Notes: generated by a model from the sequence alone, not told the origin. Numbered from the stretch's first letter, positions 1 through 9,921 are shown. The stretch is DNA of 64,000 bases from Dehalococcoidia bacterium (GCA_965219565.1 OZ244780.1:1006287-1070286); one strand, 5' to 3'. Program-made: numbers and translations.

Positions 1-135
1 CCCCTCGGGGTGAATCAGCTCCTCGACCGTAGCTTCATAGCCTTTGGCCACGCGGGCTTCCAGCTCGTCTCTGGTGGCTCCGAACCCGGCCCTACGCATG
101 AGGTGGGCCATTAATGCAATGTCCTTATCAGGCAT
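1..135 (-). CDS. DUF1800-family protein, N-terminal 45 codons (gene continues past the left edge)
   Basis: Reverse-strand ATG at 135-133 with AGGAGG 6 nt upstream. Translation is MPDKDIALMAHLMRRAGFGATRDELEARVAKGYEATVEELIHPEG, which carries the HLxRRAGFGAT signature I associate with DUF1800 N-termini. Too short to appear in the supplied ORF track. Confidence 0.55.
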   Translation of the reverse strand, partial: MPDKDIALMAHLMRRAGFGATRDELEARVAKGYEATVEELIHPEG

Positions 136-408
136 AGACGCCTCCTTTCGTCATAACCAATCGCGGTTAAGTATACAATCGCGGAGAAAGGGAGTAAAGC
201 AGGGGAAAACAGGGCTAAACTGCCCTATGCCTCCAACGAGAGCGTTCCATCGATTCTCTCATTAGAATCATTATTGGAAGTTTAGTTTCTGACGGCTCCT
301 TTGTCAATGTGGCTTGGGCCTTCATGCGAGTCCTTTCGATTGTCTCTGGCCACTCCTTCGTTCCGTTCGGCCTGAGCTTGGCGAAGGCCCTCTAGCTTCG
401 CCCGCCGC

Positions 409-1986
409 CTATGTCGCAGGTGGCGGATTAAGCCCCACGATGCGGTAGAGCAGGTCCATCTTGAGGCTGTCCCTGACCGTCTGGGCCAGCTTGTCGTATT
501 CGCTGTCGCGGGAAAGCTGTCCGCCCGTTTCGGTTGGGTCGGGCAGGGACGCTCCCTTCCATTCGGCCAACTGCTCCAGAATAGCTCTACGCAGGCTGTA
601 GCTGTTGAACACGCCGTGTATATACGTCCCCAAGGCAAGCCCGTCTTGGGTAGCGGCGCCATCGACTCCTGACAAGGGTTGGCCGGAAGTGCGGCTGATT
701 CGGAAGGGGTCCGACAGACCTCGCGAGCCTGTCGGCGTGGACGAACCCATGTGAATCTCGTAGCCCTCGACGGCGGCTCCGCCTGCTTTGCCCAGCAAGC
801 CGCTGCTGGCGCTGACGGTCCCGCGGACCCTGTGCGTTTCTTTTTCCGTAGCGAACACCGTGTCCACGGGAAGCAGCCCCAGACCCTCCGCTTCCTTCTG
901 ATCGGACTCCACGCCCATAGGGTCCAGTATGCGGCGGCCCATCATCTGATAGCCACCGCATATCCCTATTACCGGAGTCCCCGCACGGGCCAGGGCTTGT
1001 ATCTCCGACGCAAACCCGCGTTCCCGCAGCCACCACAGGTCGGCCATGGTCGTCTTGGTGCCGGGCAGGACTATCAGGTCGGGTTTCCCTAGAACGTCCC
1101 GGTCCTCAACGTAACGCAGACGGACTCCGGGTTCCCGCTTCAGGGGATCGAAGTCGTCGAAGTTGGATATGTGGGGCAGCCCGAGAACGGCAATGTCCAG
1201 CACATAGTCGGTCTGCGATTTCAGCAACCTGCGTTCTTCCAGGGATACGGCGTCCTCTTCGGCAATCTCTATGTCCCTGAAGTAAGGCACCACTCCCAGC
1301 ACCGGAATGCCGGTGCGCTCTTCCAGCCAGTCCAGCCCAGGTTCCAGCAGGGAGAGCTGCCCACGGAACTTATTGACGATAAAGGCTTTGACAACCTCTT
1401 TTTCGGGCGGGTCGAGGAGTTCCATAGTCCCCACCAGGGATGCGAAGACGCCTCCCCGGTCGATGTCGCCCACCAACAGCACCGGAGACTTAGCGTGTAG
1501 GGCCACTCGCATGTTGACGATCTCGTTGGCCTTCAGGTTGATTTCGGCGGGGCTCCCTGCGCCTTCAATTACCACCACGTCGTATTGGCTTCTCAGCTTG
1601 TCCAGGGACTCTGCCACTGCTCGCCAGAGCCTGGGCTTAGCGGTTGCGAAATACTCTGCGGTGGCGGAGGCGGCGGGCTTGCCCAGCAGCACCACCTGGG
1701 AGCGGTGGTCCGCCTCAGGTTTCAGAAGGATGGGGTTCATCTCCACGGACGGTTCGACTCCGGCCGCCTCGGCCTGCACCGCCTGAGCGCGTCCAATCTC
1801 CCCGCCGTCGGGAGTGACGAAGGAGTTGTTGGACATGTTCTGGGCCTTGAAGGGGGCCACTCTGTAGCCGTCTTGCCGGAAAATGCGGCAGAGCGCGGCT
1901 ACCAGAATGCTTTTGCCCACGTGGGAGGCCGTGCCTTGGACCATCACCACTTTGGATAGTGGGGCCTCTAGCTTCGAACTTGGCAT
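409..1986 (-). CDS. cobQ: cobyric acid synthase (CobQ/CbiP)
   Basis: N-terminal VMVQGTASHVGKSILVAALCR P-loop and C-terminal glutamine amidotransferase part (GICGGYQMMG). Start chosen at ATG 1986, which overlaps the stop of the upstream gene by 1 nt. The longer track ORF to 2043 is probably an over-extension. Confidence 0.9.
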   Translation of the reverse strand: MPSSKLEAPLSKVVMVQGTASHVGKSILVAALCRIFRQDGYRVAPFKAQNMSNNSFVTPDGGEIGRAQAVQAEAAGVEPSVEMNPILLKPEADHRSQVVLLGKPAASATAEYFATAKPRLWRAVAESLDKLRSQYDVVVIEGAGSPAEINLKANEIVNMRVALHAKSPVLLVGDIDRGGVFASLVGTMELLDPPEKEVVKAFIVNKFRGQLSLLEPGLDWLEERTGIPVLGVVPYFRDIEIAEEDAVSLEERRLLKSQTDYVLDIAVLGLPHISNFDDFDPLKREPGVRLRYVEDRDVLGKPDLIVLPGTKTTMADLWWLRERGFASEIQALARAGTPVIGICGGYQMMGRRILDPMGVESDQKEAEGLGLLPVDTVFATEKETHRVRGTVSASSGLLGKAGGAAVEGYEIHMGSSTPTGSRGLSDPFRISRTSGQPLSGVDGAATQDGLALGTYIHGVFNSYSLRRAILEQLAEWKGASLPDPTETGGQLSRDSEYDKLAQTVRDSLKMDLLYRIVGLNPPPAT

Positions 1987-2600
1987 CAGACCTTCCCCTC
2001 CCAGTGGGAGACGTCTCCGAAGAGCCTCATGGCCCGACCCCAAAGGAGAGGCTCGATTACAGTCAGGCTGGCCGACGGCAGAGCAAAGCGTCTTGCTGCG
2101 GACGGGGGAAGATCGAGCAGGTTCACCAGTAAGGCGTTAAGGCACCCCCCATGTCCCACGGCCAGCACGGTGTCCTCACGGGCGTGGAGTCCATTGATGC
2201 TCTGTACAAAGTCCGTTGTACGGGACACTAGGTCCAACACACTTTCGCCGCCCGGCGGGGAGACTTCAACGGATTCTCGGACCGCCGCGTACTGCTCGGG
2301 AAACTGCTTTCGCACCTCCCCGAAGGTCATCCCTTCCCATTCTCCCCACGACCGTTCCCTGAGGAGAGGCGCAGGTTGGGGTTCCAGGCTGTGCCCCTTC
2401 AGGGCCAACCGGGCCGTCTCCCAAGCGCGGGACAAGTCGCTGGCATAGGCGGCGTCAATCTTGTGTACGGCCAGCCTTTCACCCAGGGCCTCGGCCTGCT
2501 TGATTCCTCTCTCGGACATCGGAGTGTCGATCTGGCCTTGCACCCGCCCTTCGGCGTTCCATGCCGTCTCTCCGTGCCGGACCAGCAGCCATCTAACCAC
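1986..2600 (-). CDS. cobC: histidine phosphatase family protein, alpha-ribazole phosphatase-like
   Basis: RHGETxWN catalytic motif (LLVRHGETAWNAEGRVQG) and a second His motif (AVGHGG). Sits between cbiA and cobQ. GTG start at 2600 overlaps the cbiA stop by 8 nt. The track ORF to 2774 would lie inside cbiA. Confidence 0.65.
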   Translation of the reverse strand: MVRWLLVRHGETAWNAEGRVQGQIDTPMSERGIKQAEALGERLAVHKIDAAYASDLSRAWETARLALKGHSLEPQPAPLLRERSWGEWEGMTFGEVRKQFPEQYAAVRESVEVSPPGGESVLDLVSRTTDFVQSINGLHAREDTVLAVGHGGCLNALLVNLLDLPPSAARRFALPSASLTVIEPLLWGRAMRLFGDVSHWEGKV

Positions 2601-4032
2601 GAACTTTCTCCCTTGCTGAAGCGCAGCGTCGGACGAACCTCGGGGCGATGCTTGGGTCCGTGCCCATGTGCAGGTGAACGTATGACCCCGCGACGCTGCC
2701 TGCCCGGAAGCCTTCCATCCTGCGGGTCTCGCCAGGCCCGTTCTTGTCCAGCGCTCCCTTTTCCAGAATTGCATAGAGGGCCGTCTCTTGAGAAGGAGTT
2801 CCAGTCTGAATGGACCAGTGGAACTCGTGGCCTCTGACCCTCTGGCCTCTGGCCAACAGCGGGCCGTCGCTCAGCGCTTCAACCTCCCTGTATCCCAGGG
2901 TCAATCGGCTTTCGACCATGGATGACTCCAAGGGCAGCAACCCAACCATCTCATGGGAGACGCCTTGGGGGTCTGTTAACGAGCGGCCCAGGTACATCAG
3001 GCCGCCGCATTCCCCGTATATCGGGATGCCCACCCGGGCGGCTTCCCGCAGTGCCTGGCGTATAGCAGGGTTCCCCGCCAGCTCCGCAGCGTAAAGCTCC
3101 GGGAACCCTCCGCCCAGGTACACTCCGGCGGCGCCCGGCGGGATGGATGAGTCCTCCAGGGGACTGAAGGGTGCCACGTCCGCGCCCCACGCCTTCAGCA
3201 GGTCCAGGGAGTCCTGGTAGTAGAAGCTGAAGGCCTTGTCCATGGCCACAGCGATGGTTGCGGTTTTGGGTTGTGGCTCGGCGGGATACAGAATCGGATC
3301 GACTAACCACCAGGTGGGTCCCGTCCCTGCCAGCGCCAATATCCCTTCCGGCGGCATGGACTCCTCCACCTGCAACACCAGGCGGTTGAGCCACTCTCGG
3401 ACTTCGGCGTTCTCCACCGCCGGAATCAGCCCCAGGTGGCGTTCCGGCTGGGACAGTTCCTTCCGCCGTGGGAGCCATCCGACCACGGGAACACCCGTCG
3501 TGGCCTCGATCTGGGGCTGGCAGAATTCGAGATGGCCTGGTCCTGCGATTCCGCTCAGGACCACCCCGGCTATGTTCACGTCGGGGTCGAACTTGAGGAA
3601 TCCCAGCACCTCGGCAGCTACACTGCGGGCCACAGCCGACGCGTCCACCACCAGGATGACCGGAGCTCCCAGAAGCTTGGCCAGCTGGGCTGTGGAACCC
3701 TCCTCGGTCAGGCTGGAGCGTCCGTCGTAGAGGCCCATCACACCTTCCACAACCGCGACGTCGCTGCCCGACGCCGCTCGCTGCGCCAGTTCCAACACAG
3801 CGTCGTCGGTGAGCATCCACGTGTCCAGGTTGCGGCTCGGGGTTCCGCAGGCCACCTCATGGTAGGAAGGGTCGATGTAGTCGGGTCCCGCCTTGAAAGG
3901 CTGGACCTTGAAGCCTCGGCGAGTGAGTGCAGCCATGATGCCCGTAGCGACGGTGGTCTTGCCCACACCGCTGCGGACTCCCGCCACCACCAGCCACCGG
4001 GTCTTGTTGTCTCCGGAGCGTTTCAACGACAT
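2593..4032 (-). CDS. cbiA: cobyrinate a,c-diamide synthase (CbiA/CobB)
   Basis: VVAGVRSGVGKTTVATGIMAAL P-loop, DGRSS motif and C-terminal GATase (YGECGGLMYLG). Length is about 480 aa. Confidence 0.9.
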   Translation of the reverse strand: MSLKRSGDNKTRWLVVAGVRSGVGKTTVATGIMAALTRRGFKVQPFKAGPDYIDPSYHEVACGTPSRNLDTWMLTDDAVLELAQRAASGSDVAVVEGVMGLYDGRSSLTEEGSTAQLAKLLGAPVILVVDASAVARSVAAEVLGFLKFDPDVNIAGVVLSGIAGPGHLEFCQPQIEATTGVPVVGWLPRRKELSQPERHLGLIPAVENAEVREWLNRLVLQVEESMPPEGILALAGTGPTWWLVDPILYPAEPQPKTATIAVAMDKAFSFYYQDSLDLLKAWGADVAPFSPLEDSSIPPGAAGVYLGGGFPELYAAELAGNPAIRQALREAARVGIPIYGECGGLMYLGRSLTDPQGVSHEMVGLLPLESSMVESRLTLGYREVEALSDGPLLARGQRVRGHEFHWSIQTGTPSQETALYAILEKGALDKNGPGETRRMEGFRAGSVAGSYVHLHMGTDPSIAPRFVRRCASAREKVRG

Positions 4033-4119
4033 CTTTGGTCAAAGCTCTTGTAAACGGCTGTGCGCTCGTACAAAATTCCTGCGCGGCCTATTTTACCATT
4101 GTTGTCGTGGAGGTTTCCC

Positions 4120-5484
4120 ATGGACCGAATACTGGACTACCTCAGTGATTACGCGACCAGCCTGGACTACAACCAGATTCCCATCGACGCCGTCGAAAAG
4201 ACCAAGGGCCTTATAGTGGACACCATCGGCTGCGCTCTCGGCGGGTACGACAGCTTCCCCTCGCAAGTCGCCGTGGACTTGGCCAAGTCCGTCACCTCCA
4301 ACAGCCCCGCCACCGTGCTGGTCAGCGGGGATGCCACGACTCCTGACCTGGCCGCCTTCGCCAACGGAGTGATGATTCGTTACCTGGACTTCAACGATGG
4401 GTACACCAGCATCGACTCCGGCCATCCCAGCGACGCCATAGCCGCCGTGCTGCCCCTGGCCGAAATGCGCCACGCGTCGGGCAAGGAATTCATTGCATCC
4501 ACGGTGCTGGCCTATGAGACCTTCTGCCGCCTTTGCGACGCCGTTGAGGTGCGCAACCGCGGCTACGACCATGTGACTCTGGGGGTCATATCGGCTGGGG
4601 TGGGAGCCGCCCGCGCTCTGGGACTGGACAAGGAGAAAACGGCCGAGGCCATCAGCCTCTCCCTGGTTCCCAACGTGTCCCTGCACCAGACGCGTATCGG
4701 CACTGTTTCCATGTGGAAGGGGTGCGCCTTTGCCAACGCCTCACGCAACGCTGTGTTCGCGGCCCAGCTGGCGGAGAAGGGCCTGACCGGACCGGCGGAG
4801 ATTTTCGATGGGCGGGAAGGCTTCGGCAAGGTGATAACCGGCGACCTGATAGAACTGGCCCCCTTCGGAGGAGGCGATATCCCTTTCAAGGTGTCCGAGG
4901 TGAGCATAAAGCGCTTTCCCCTGGGCCTCTACTCCCAGACGGTGATGGAAGCGGCCTTGAAGGTGCGAGAGCGGCTGTCCGGGGTGGACGACATCGAGGA
5001 GATTCATGTTTCCACGTTGGGCACCGCTGTCCGCATCATGGCCGGAGACCCGGAGAAATGGCGGCCCGCCACCCGGGAGACGGCGGACCACTCCATGCCC
5101 TACACCGTGGCGGTCATGTTGAAGTACGGAGACGTGGGAGTGGAACGCTTTGACGACACCCATCTCAACGACCCTGCGCTGTTGGACCTCGTACAGCGGG
5201 TGAAAGTGTCCGTGTCGGAGGAAGCCAACCGGCGCGCTCCTGAGGCCATGCTCTGCAGCATTGAGGTCACCACCAAGTCCGGGGAACGCATAGAGTCGGG
5301 CGACGTGCCCTTCCACCGCGGCCACTGGCGAAACCCCATGACCCGCGCTGAAATCGATTCCAAGTTCCGCGCCCTGGCCGACGGTGTCCTCGCCGCCGAC
5401 CGCACCGAAGCCCTCCTGGAAACCCTGTGGCGCCTGGAAGAAGCCCCCGACATCGCCGACGTGGTGGCGATGATACAGGCGTAA
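4120..5484 (+). CDS. MmgE/PrpD family protein (2-methylcitrate dehydratase superfamily)
   Basis: MDRILDYLSDYATSLDYNQIPIDAVEKTKGLIVDTIGCALGG is a typical PrpD-family N-terminus. GGAGG lies upstream of ATG 4120. Confidence 0.85.
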   Translation: MDRILDYLSDYATSLDYNQIPIDAVEKTKGLIVDTIGCALGGYDSFPSQVAVDLAKSVTSNSPATVLVSGDATTPDLAAFANGVMIRYLDFNDGYTSIDSGHPSDAIAAVLPLAEMRHASGKEFIASTVLAYETFCRLCDAVEVRNRGYDHVTLGVISAGVGAARALGLDKEKTAEAISLSLVPNVSLHQTRIGTVSMWKGCAFANASRNAVFAAQLAEKGLTGPAEIFDGREGFGKVITGDLIELAPFGGGDIPFKVSEVSIKRFPLGLYSQTVMEAALKVRERLSGVDDIEEIHVSTLGTAVRIMAGDPEKWRPATRETADHSMPYTVAVMLKYGDVGVERFDDTHLNDPALLDLVQRVKVSVSEEANRRAPEAMLCSIEVTTKSGERIESGDVPFHRGHWRNPMTRAEIDSKFRALADGVLAADRTEALLETLWRLEEAPDIADVVAMIQA

Positions 5485-5497
5485 GGGTGCCCTGCCT

Positions 5498-6352
5498 CTA
5501 CAAAACCTCCAGGGCCAGCTTGTCCAGGTAGTCGAGGGCAGACTGGGTGGAGTCGCCGTCGATTCGGGTGACGGCGCGGTAAGCCCCCGCTTCACCCAAG
5601 CGGCGCATCACGTCCCTCTCGGGAGGGATTTGGTACACCGTAATCCCGATCTCTCGCGGGTCGCGCCCGGCTTGAGCGCAAAGCATGGTCAGCTTATGGG
5701 CGGCTGCGGTGATGTCGTGGTAGCTGGCTATGTTGGGCGCCCAGCCGTCTCCGTACTCCACCACCCGGTTCAGCACCCTCTTGGCCATGCCGCCCAGAAG
5801 AATGGGCGGATGGGGCTTTTGCGCGGGCTTGGGGAAAGACCTGAGGGGTGGGAAGTCGTAGAACTCGCCGTGGAACTCTGACACCTCCTTGGTCCAAAGC
5901 TCCTTCATGGCCAGCACCGACTCCCTGGCCTGGCTCCAGCGGCGGGCGAAGTTGCCGCCCATTATCTCCAACTCCTCACGGAGCCATCCGGCCCCTATGC
6001 CCACCACCGTTCGGCCTCCGGAGAAGTGGTCCAGGGAGGCTATGACCTTGGCCAGGAGTATGGGGTTGCGCTCAGGCAGCAGGGTGACCCCCGTGCCCAG
6101 CTTGATGGTGGAAGTGGAGGCGGAGGCGTGAGACAGGGCCACGAAGGGGTCCATCATGTGGCTGTAGTATGGCGGCACGGCGCCGTCGTCGCTGTAAGGG
6201 AAACGCGTCTCCACGTTGACGGGCACCAGAGTGTGCTCCGGCGCCCAGATGGACTCGAACCCCATCTCCTCGGCCCGTTTGGCCACCGTCGCCATGTCTA
6301 TGGGGTTCCCTATAACGGTGGGGATGGATACGCCTACCTTGATGTCTGCCAT
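5498..6352 (-). CDS. LLM-class (luciferase-like) F420/flavin-dependent oxidoreductase
   Basis: GFESIWAPEH, LLPERNPILLAKVIASLDHFSGGRTVVGIGAGW and PKPAQKPHPPILLGG motifs. Confidence 0.85.
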   Translation of the reverse strand: MADIKVGVSIPTVIGNPIDMATVAKRAEEMGFESIWAPEHTLVPVNVETRFPYSDDGAVPPYYSHMMDPFVALSHASASTSTIKLGTGVTLLPERNPILLAKVIASLDHFSGGRTVVGIGAGWLREELEIMGGNFARRWSQARESVLAMKELWTKEVSEFHGEFYDFPPLRSFPKPAQKPHPPILLGGMAKRVLNRVVEYGDGWAPNIASYHDITAAAHKLTMLCAQAGRDPREIGITVYQIPPERDVMRRLGEAGAYRAVTRIDGDSTQSALDYLDKLALEVL

Positions 6353-6402
6353 AGTGCCGCTCCCTTGTTTGTCTTAGGGGCTATCGCCCGGGGCCGCCAA
6401 CC

Positions 6403-7017
6403 CTAGTGCATCGGAGAAAAAGCCGCCGGCTCCATGATTTTGCACTCGTTCCTGAGCAGCCACTCGTAGGTCAGCACGGGCCAGTGGGGGTCCCTCAACG
6501 ACTGGCCTCTGAGGTACTCGCGCTCCTCCAGGTCCTTGTAGGCCCAGAGGTGGTACCACTTGTTGAGACGCCCCATTTCCGGGTACCACGCAGCCACCAG
6601 GGGCGAGTACTGTTCCCGGTATTCGATGGACTCGGACCAGCGCTGGACCACGTGGGGGATGCCTCCGGGGACGTAGGAGTAGATGCGCATCTCGTAGATG
6701 TTCCCCAACTGCCGGTTTCCCAGGGGCTTCATGAAGGGCGCCGGGGACATGACCTCCACCTGGACGTTCATGGTCAGGTCGTCGACCTGCGGGGGCCACC
6801 CGGGTTCCTGGGCGGCTTCCGTCCGCACCCTGGCCCGGTGCGCGAGGTCCTCGTAGGGCCAGACGTGTATCACCTGGTTCAGGGGGCCTATCACGGTGTG
6901 CCAGAAGGCCCCCAGCTTCGAGTGCCTTTCCCGGCTGGCCAGCTTTTCCTCGAACCGCTGCTCGTACTCGGGCACGGCGCCGGGTCTCAGCGTCTCGGTC
7001 CTCATCTCGTATATCAT
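6403..7017 (-). CDS. NIPSNAP family protein (two-domain)
   Basis: MIYEMRTETLRPG...WHTVIGPLNQVIHVWPYEDLAHR, with an internal second repeat IYEMRIYSYVPG...LNKWYHLWAYKDLEERE. Confidence 0.8.
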   Translation of the reverse strand: MIYEMRTETLRPGAVPEYEQRFEEKLASRERHSKLGAFWHTVIGPLNQVIHVWPYEDLAHRARVRTEAAQEPGWPPQVDDLTMNVQVEVMSPAPFMKPLGNRQLGNIYEMRIYSYVPGGIPHVVQRWSESIEYREQYSPLVAAWYPEMGRLNKWYHLWAYKDLEEREYLRGQSLRDPHWPVLTYEWLLRNECKIMEPAAFSPMH

Positions 7018-7051
7018 GGGTCGTTCCGGTTGGGCGACCGGCCGGTCGCCC

Positions 7052-7666
7052 CTACCGTATGGGCGAGAATGACGCCGGGTTGAGTATCTTGTTCTCCTGG
7101 CTCAGCCAATACTGGCCGGTGGGCGGAGGCCACTTGGGGTCTGACCTCGCCTCGGCGCGGACCCTGTCGCGCTCGGCCAGGCTAGGGTAAGCCCAGACGT
7201 GGTACCAGCGGTTCAGCCCGCCGATTTCGGTGTAACCGGTGAACACGTTGGGCGAGTACTTTTCCCGGGCCGGAAGGGAGTCTTTCCAGCCTTCTATGAC
7301 GTGGGGCAAAGCGCCCGGCTGGAAGGTGTAGATGCGTATCTCGAACACGGGGCCTATCTCCGCGGGCTCCAGGGACTTGGCGAAGGGCGCAGGCTCTATG
7401 ATGACGTTCTCCATGTTCAGGATCAGGTCCTGGGTCTTCGGGGGCCAGTTGGGGCTCTTGGCCGCCTCCGCCCGTATAGCGGTCCTGGCGTTCAGGTCTT
7501 CGTAGGGCCAGATGTGGACGACCTGGTTCAGCGGGCCGATGGAGGTGTGCCAGAAGGCCGCCATGGGGGACAGGTGGGTCCTGTGGGGCAGGGCCTCTTC
7601 CACCCGCCTCTCGAACTCTTCGATGGAACCGGGCCTCATGTCGTAGGTGCGCAGCTCGTAAATCAT
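7052..7666 (-). CDS. NIPSNAP family protein (tandem paralogue)
   Basis: Same 204-aa architecture as 6403..7017, and collinear with it (MIYELRTYDMRPG...WHTSIGPLNQVVHIWPYEDLNAR). Confidence 0.8.
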   Translation of the reverse strand: MIYELRTYDMRPGSIEEFERRVEEALPHRTHLSPMAAFWHTSIGPLNQVVHIWPYEDLNARTAIRAEAAKSPNWPPKTQDLILNMENVIIEPAPFAKSLEPAEIGPVFEIRIYTFQPGALPHVIEGWKDSLPAREKYSPNVFTGYTEIGGLNRWYHVWAYPSLAERDRVRAEARSDPKWPPPTGQYWLSQENKILNPASFSPIR

Positions 7667-7866
7667 ATAACCTCCAGATGTCTTGAAATGGCGCCGAAAG
7701 CAAAGAGGGCCAAGAGTCGTGTTATTCTACTTCAGCCCACTAGAGGCGGCAACCGCCCGCGGCGGTCGGTTCATTCCCGTTCGCCCTGAGTGTGTCGAAG
7801 GGCGGTTCTGTAGGCGACCATTGGGACGAGACACAGTGAAGCTCTATGAGACGATTGATGGACGGC

Positions 7867-8619
7867 ATGGGACGGCTGACGGGTAAGACGGCGCTTGTTA
7901 CGGGAGGGGCCAGGGGAATGGGCGCCGCCCAAGCCCGGCTGCTGGCCCATGAAGGCGCGACGGTGGTCATCGCCGACATCCTGGACGATGAAGGCCTTGG
8001 TCAGGTCGGCTTGATCGAGAAGAGTGGAGGCCGCGCAACATATCGTCATCTCGACGTATCGGAGGAGTCCGACTGGATTGAGGCCGTCGACAGCGCCGTG
8101 GAGATGATGGGTGGACTCCACGTACTGGTGAACAACGCGGGCATAGGCCAACGGCTTTCCATCGAGGAGACAAGCGAGGAACTTTGGGACCGGGTCATGG
8201 CTGTCAACGCTCGAGGTCCGTTTCTGGGCGTCAAACATTCCATCCCCCACATGAGGAGGGCTGGCGGCGGCTCAGTCATCAACATCTCTTCCATAGCCGG
8301 AATAGTCGCCGGAGGCACGTCAGCCGTATACCACGCCTCCAAGGCGGCTGTCCGCCTGTTCACCAAAGCTGCGGCGTTGCAGCTTGCGCCCTATGGCATC
8401 AGGGTCAACTCCATTCACCCGGGAGACGTAATAACGCCTATGACGGCCGCTTACTTTGCAGACCCCGCCAACGTAGAGGACCGGATACGGAAGACTCCGC
8501 TGGGCCGTATAGGGACCCCGGAGGACGTGGCCCAGGCCGTACTGTTCCTGGCTTCCGACGAATCCTCATACATGACCGGCGCAGAGCTTGTCCTCGACGG
8601 AGGCCGCACGGCCCAGTAA
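7867..8619 (+). CDS. SDR family oxidoreductase
   Basis: TGxxxGxG motif ([12 protein letters not shown]), NNAG, and the S...YxxxK catalytic motif (YHASKAAV). Start chosen at MGRLTGK by analogy with the paralogue at 50592. Confidence 0.85.
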   Translation: MGRLTGKTALVTGGARGMGAAQARLLAHEGATVVIADILDDEGLGQVGLIEKSGGRATYRHLDVSEESDWIEAVDSAVEMMGGLHVLVNNAGIGQRLSIEETSEELWDRVMAVNARGPFLGVKHSIPHMRRAGGGSVINISSIAGIVAGGTSAVYHASKAAVRLFTKAAALQLAPYGIRVNSIHPGDVITPMTAAYFADPANVEDRIRKTPLGRIGTPEDVAQAVLFLASDESSYMTGAELVLDGGRTAQ

Positions 8620-8801
8620 ACGTGGGGTCGGGGCGCCGCCGGTGGATGTCTGGATGGAACGATGCAGGGATTGACAAGTGCTTCCGTTTCAACTGATTAT
8701 CCGGTTAATTGCCCCGACCACATGCCAATCTGCCTAATGGAGGAGTAGGCATGGAGCCAGGGGAAAGCGAGTCCCCACGGAGGACGGAAGGCAGGTTCCA
8801 G

Positions 8802-9827
8802 ATGAAAGCCATTGTTTATGAGTCGGGCGGGGTGGAGACGTTGGGCATAAGCCAGGTCCCGGACCCCGTGGCCGGGCCTGGAGAGGTCGTGGTGCGGGTG
8901 TGGGCGTGCGCCATGAACCACGCCGACGTATGGGGGCACAAGTCCGGGGGGCCGCGTTTCGGAGGTCCCAGAATCCTGGGACGGGACGTGGCTGGAGTCA
9001 TCGAGGAAGTGGGGGAGGGCGTGGCCTGCTGGGCCAAGGGCGACCCCGTAGTGGTGGCGCCGGGCGTAAGCTGCAACGTCTGCTTCCATTGCCAGCATGG
9101 GCAGCACTCCGACTGCCCCGAATACGGGATGCTGGGCGCCAAGGTTGACGGCGGCTACGCAGAGCTGATGAATGTCTCGGCCATGAACCTTTACCCCAAG
9201 CCCGACAACCTCAGCTATGAAGAGGCGGCGTCGATTCCCCTGGTCTTCATAACGGCCTGGCGGTGCCTGGTGGAAAAGGCCCGCGTCCAGCCTGGGGAGT
9301 GGGTGCTGGTGAACGCAGCCGGAAGCGGCGTCGGCATAGCCGCCATCCAGATAGCCCAGATGCTGGGCGCACGTGTGGTGACTACGGCCAGCAGCCAGGA
9401 GAAGCGGGAAAGAGGACTCGAGCTTGGGGCCGCTGCCGCCGTGGACTACACGCAGGAGGGCTGGCCTGACATGGTTGTGAGGGCCACCGGCGGAGGCGCG
9501 CACGTAGCGGTGGACAGTGTGGGCGGCCAGACCCTCATGGACACCTTCCGTGCCATGGCCTACGCCGGACGGGTCATCAACTGCGGGTTCACAGCCGGAA
9601 CGGGCATGGAGTTCGACTGGGGCGAGTTTCGGGGAAAGCGTTTGTCCCTGCTGATGTCCTTCATGGGTAGCAACAGCTACCTGCATGACATTATGCGGCT
9701 GGTCAAGGACGGGCGGCTCAAGCCGGTGGTCCACAAGGTCTTCCCCTTCAGCCAGGTCCAGGAAGCCCACAGCGCCATGCTGAACAGGGAGAATTTCGGG
9801 AAGATTGTCCTGACCTGGGAGGAGTGA
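8802..9827 (+). CDS. zinc-type alcohol dehydrogenase / quinone oxidoreductase (MDR superfamily)
   Basis: MKAIVYESGG start, GRDVAGVIEEVGEGV and the nucleotide-binding GEWVLVNAAGSGVGIAAIQIA. Confidence 0.85.
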   Translation: MKAIVYESGGVETLGISQVPDPVAGPGEVVVRVWACAMNHADVWGHKSGGPRFGGPRILGRDVAGVIEEVGEGVACWAKGDPVVVAPGVSCNVCFHCQHGQHSDCPEYGMLGAKVDGGYAELMNVSAMNLYPKPDNLSYEEAASIPLVFITAWRCLVEKARVQPGEWVLVNAAGSGVGIAAIQIAQMLGARVVTTASSQEKRERGLELGAAAAVDYTQEGWPDMVVRATGGGAHVAVDSVGGQTLMDTFRAMAYAGRVINCGFTAGTGMEFDWGEFRGKRLSLLMSFMGSNSYLHDIMRLVKDGRLKPVVHKVFPFSQVQEAHSAMLNRENFGKIVLTWEE

Positions 9828-9847
9828 ACGACCCTCCCCCATCCCAG

Positions 9848-9898
9848 CCTTCCCCCGCCGGGGGAAGGAGTAATACTCCCTCTCCCCACGGGAGAGGG
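9848..9898. repeat. pair of GC-rich REP-like hairpins in the adh/chlorite-dismutase-family intergenic region
   Basis: CCTTCCCCC-gcc-GGGGGAAGG (9848-9868) and CCCTCTCC-ccacg-GGAGAGGG (9878-9898). No T-run follows either. Confidence 0.5.
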
Positions 9899-9921
9899 TT
9901 GGGGTGAGGGCAAACCCTACG

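Noticed and set aside
282-662. 126-aa minus-strand ORF overlapping the cobQ 3' end
   Set aside because: It overlaps cobQ in another frame and has a low-complexity translation.
2951-3820. 289-aa alternative-frame ORF within cbiA, plus several plus-strand ORFs at 2810-4053
   Set aside because: They overlap a gene with clear CbiA motifs and have Arg/Gly/Pro-rich low-complexity translations.
4033-4119. Looked for a cobalamin riboswitch upstream of the cbiA-cobC-cobQ operon
   Set aside because: Only 87 nt separate cbiA from the divergent PrpD-family gene. No B12-box-like sequence is present and there is not enough room for the aptamer.
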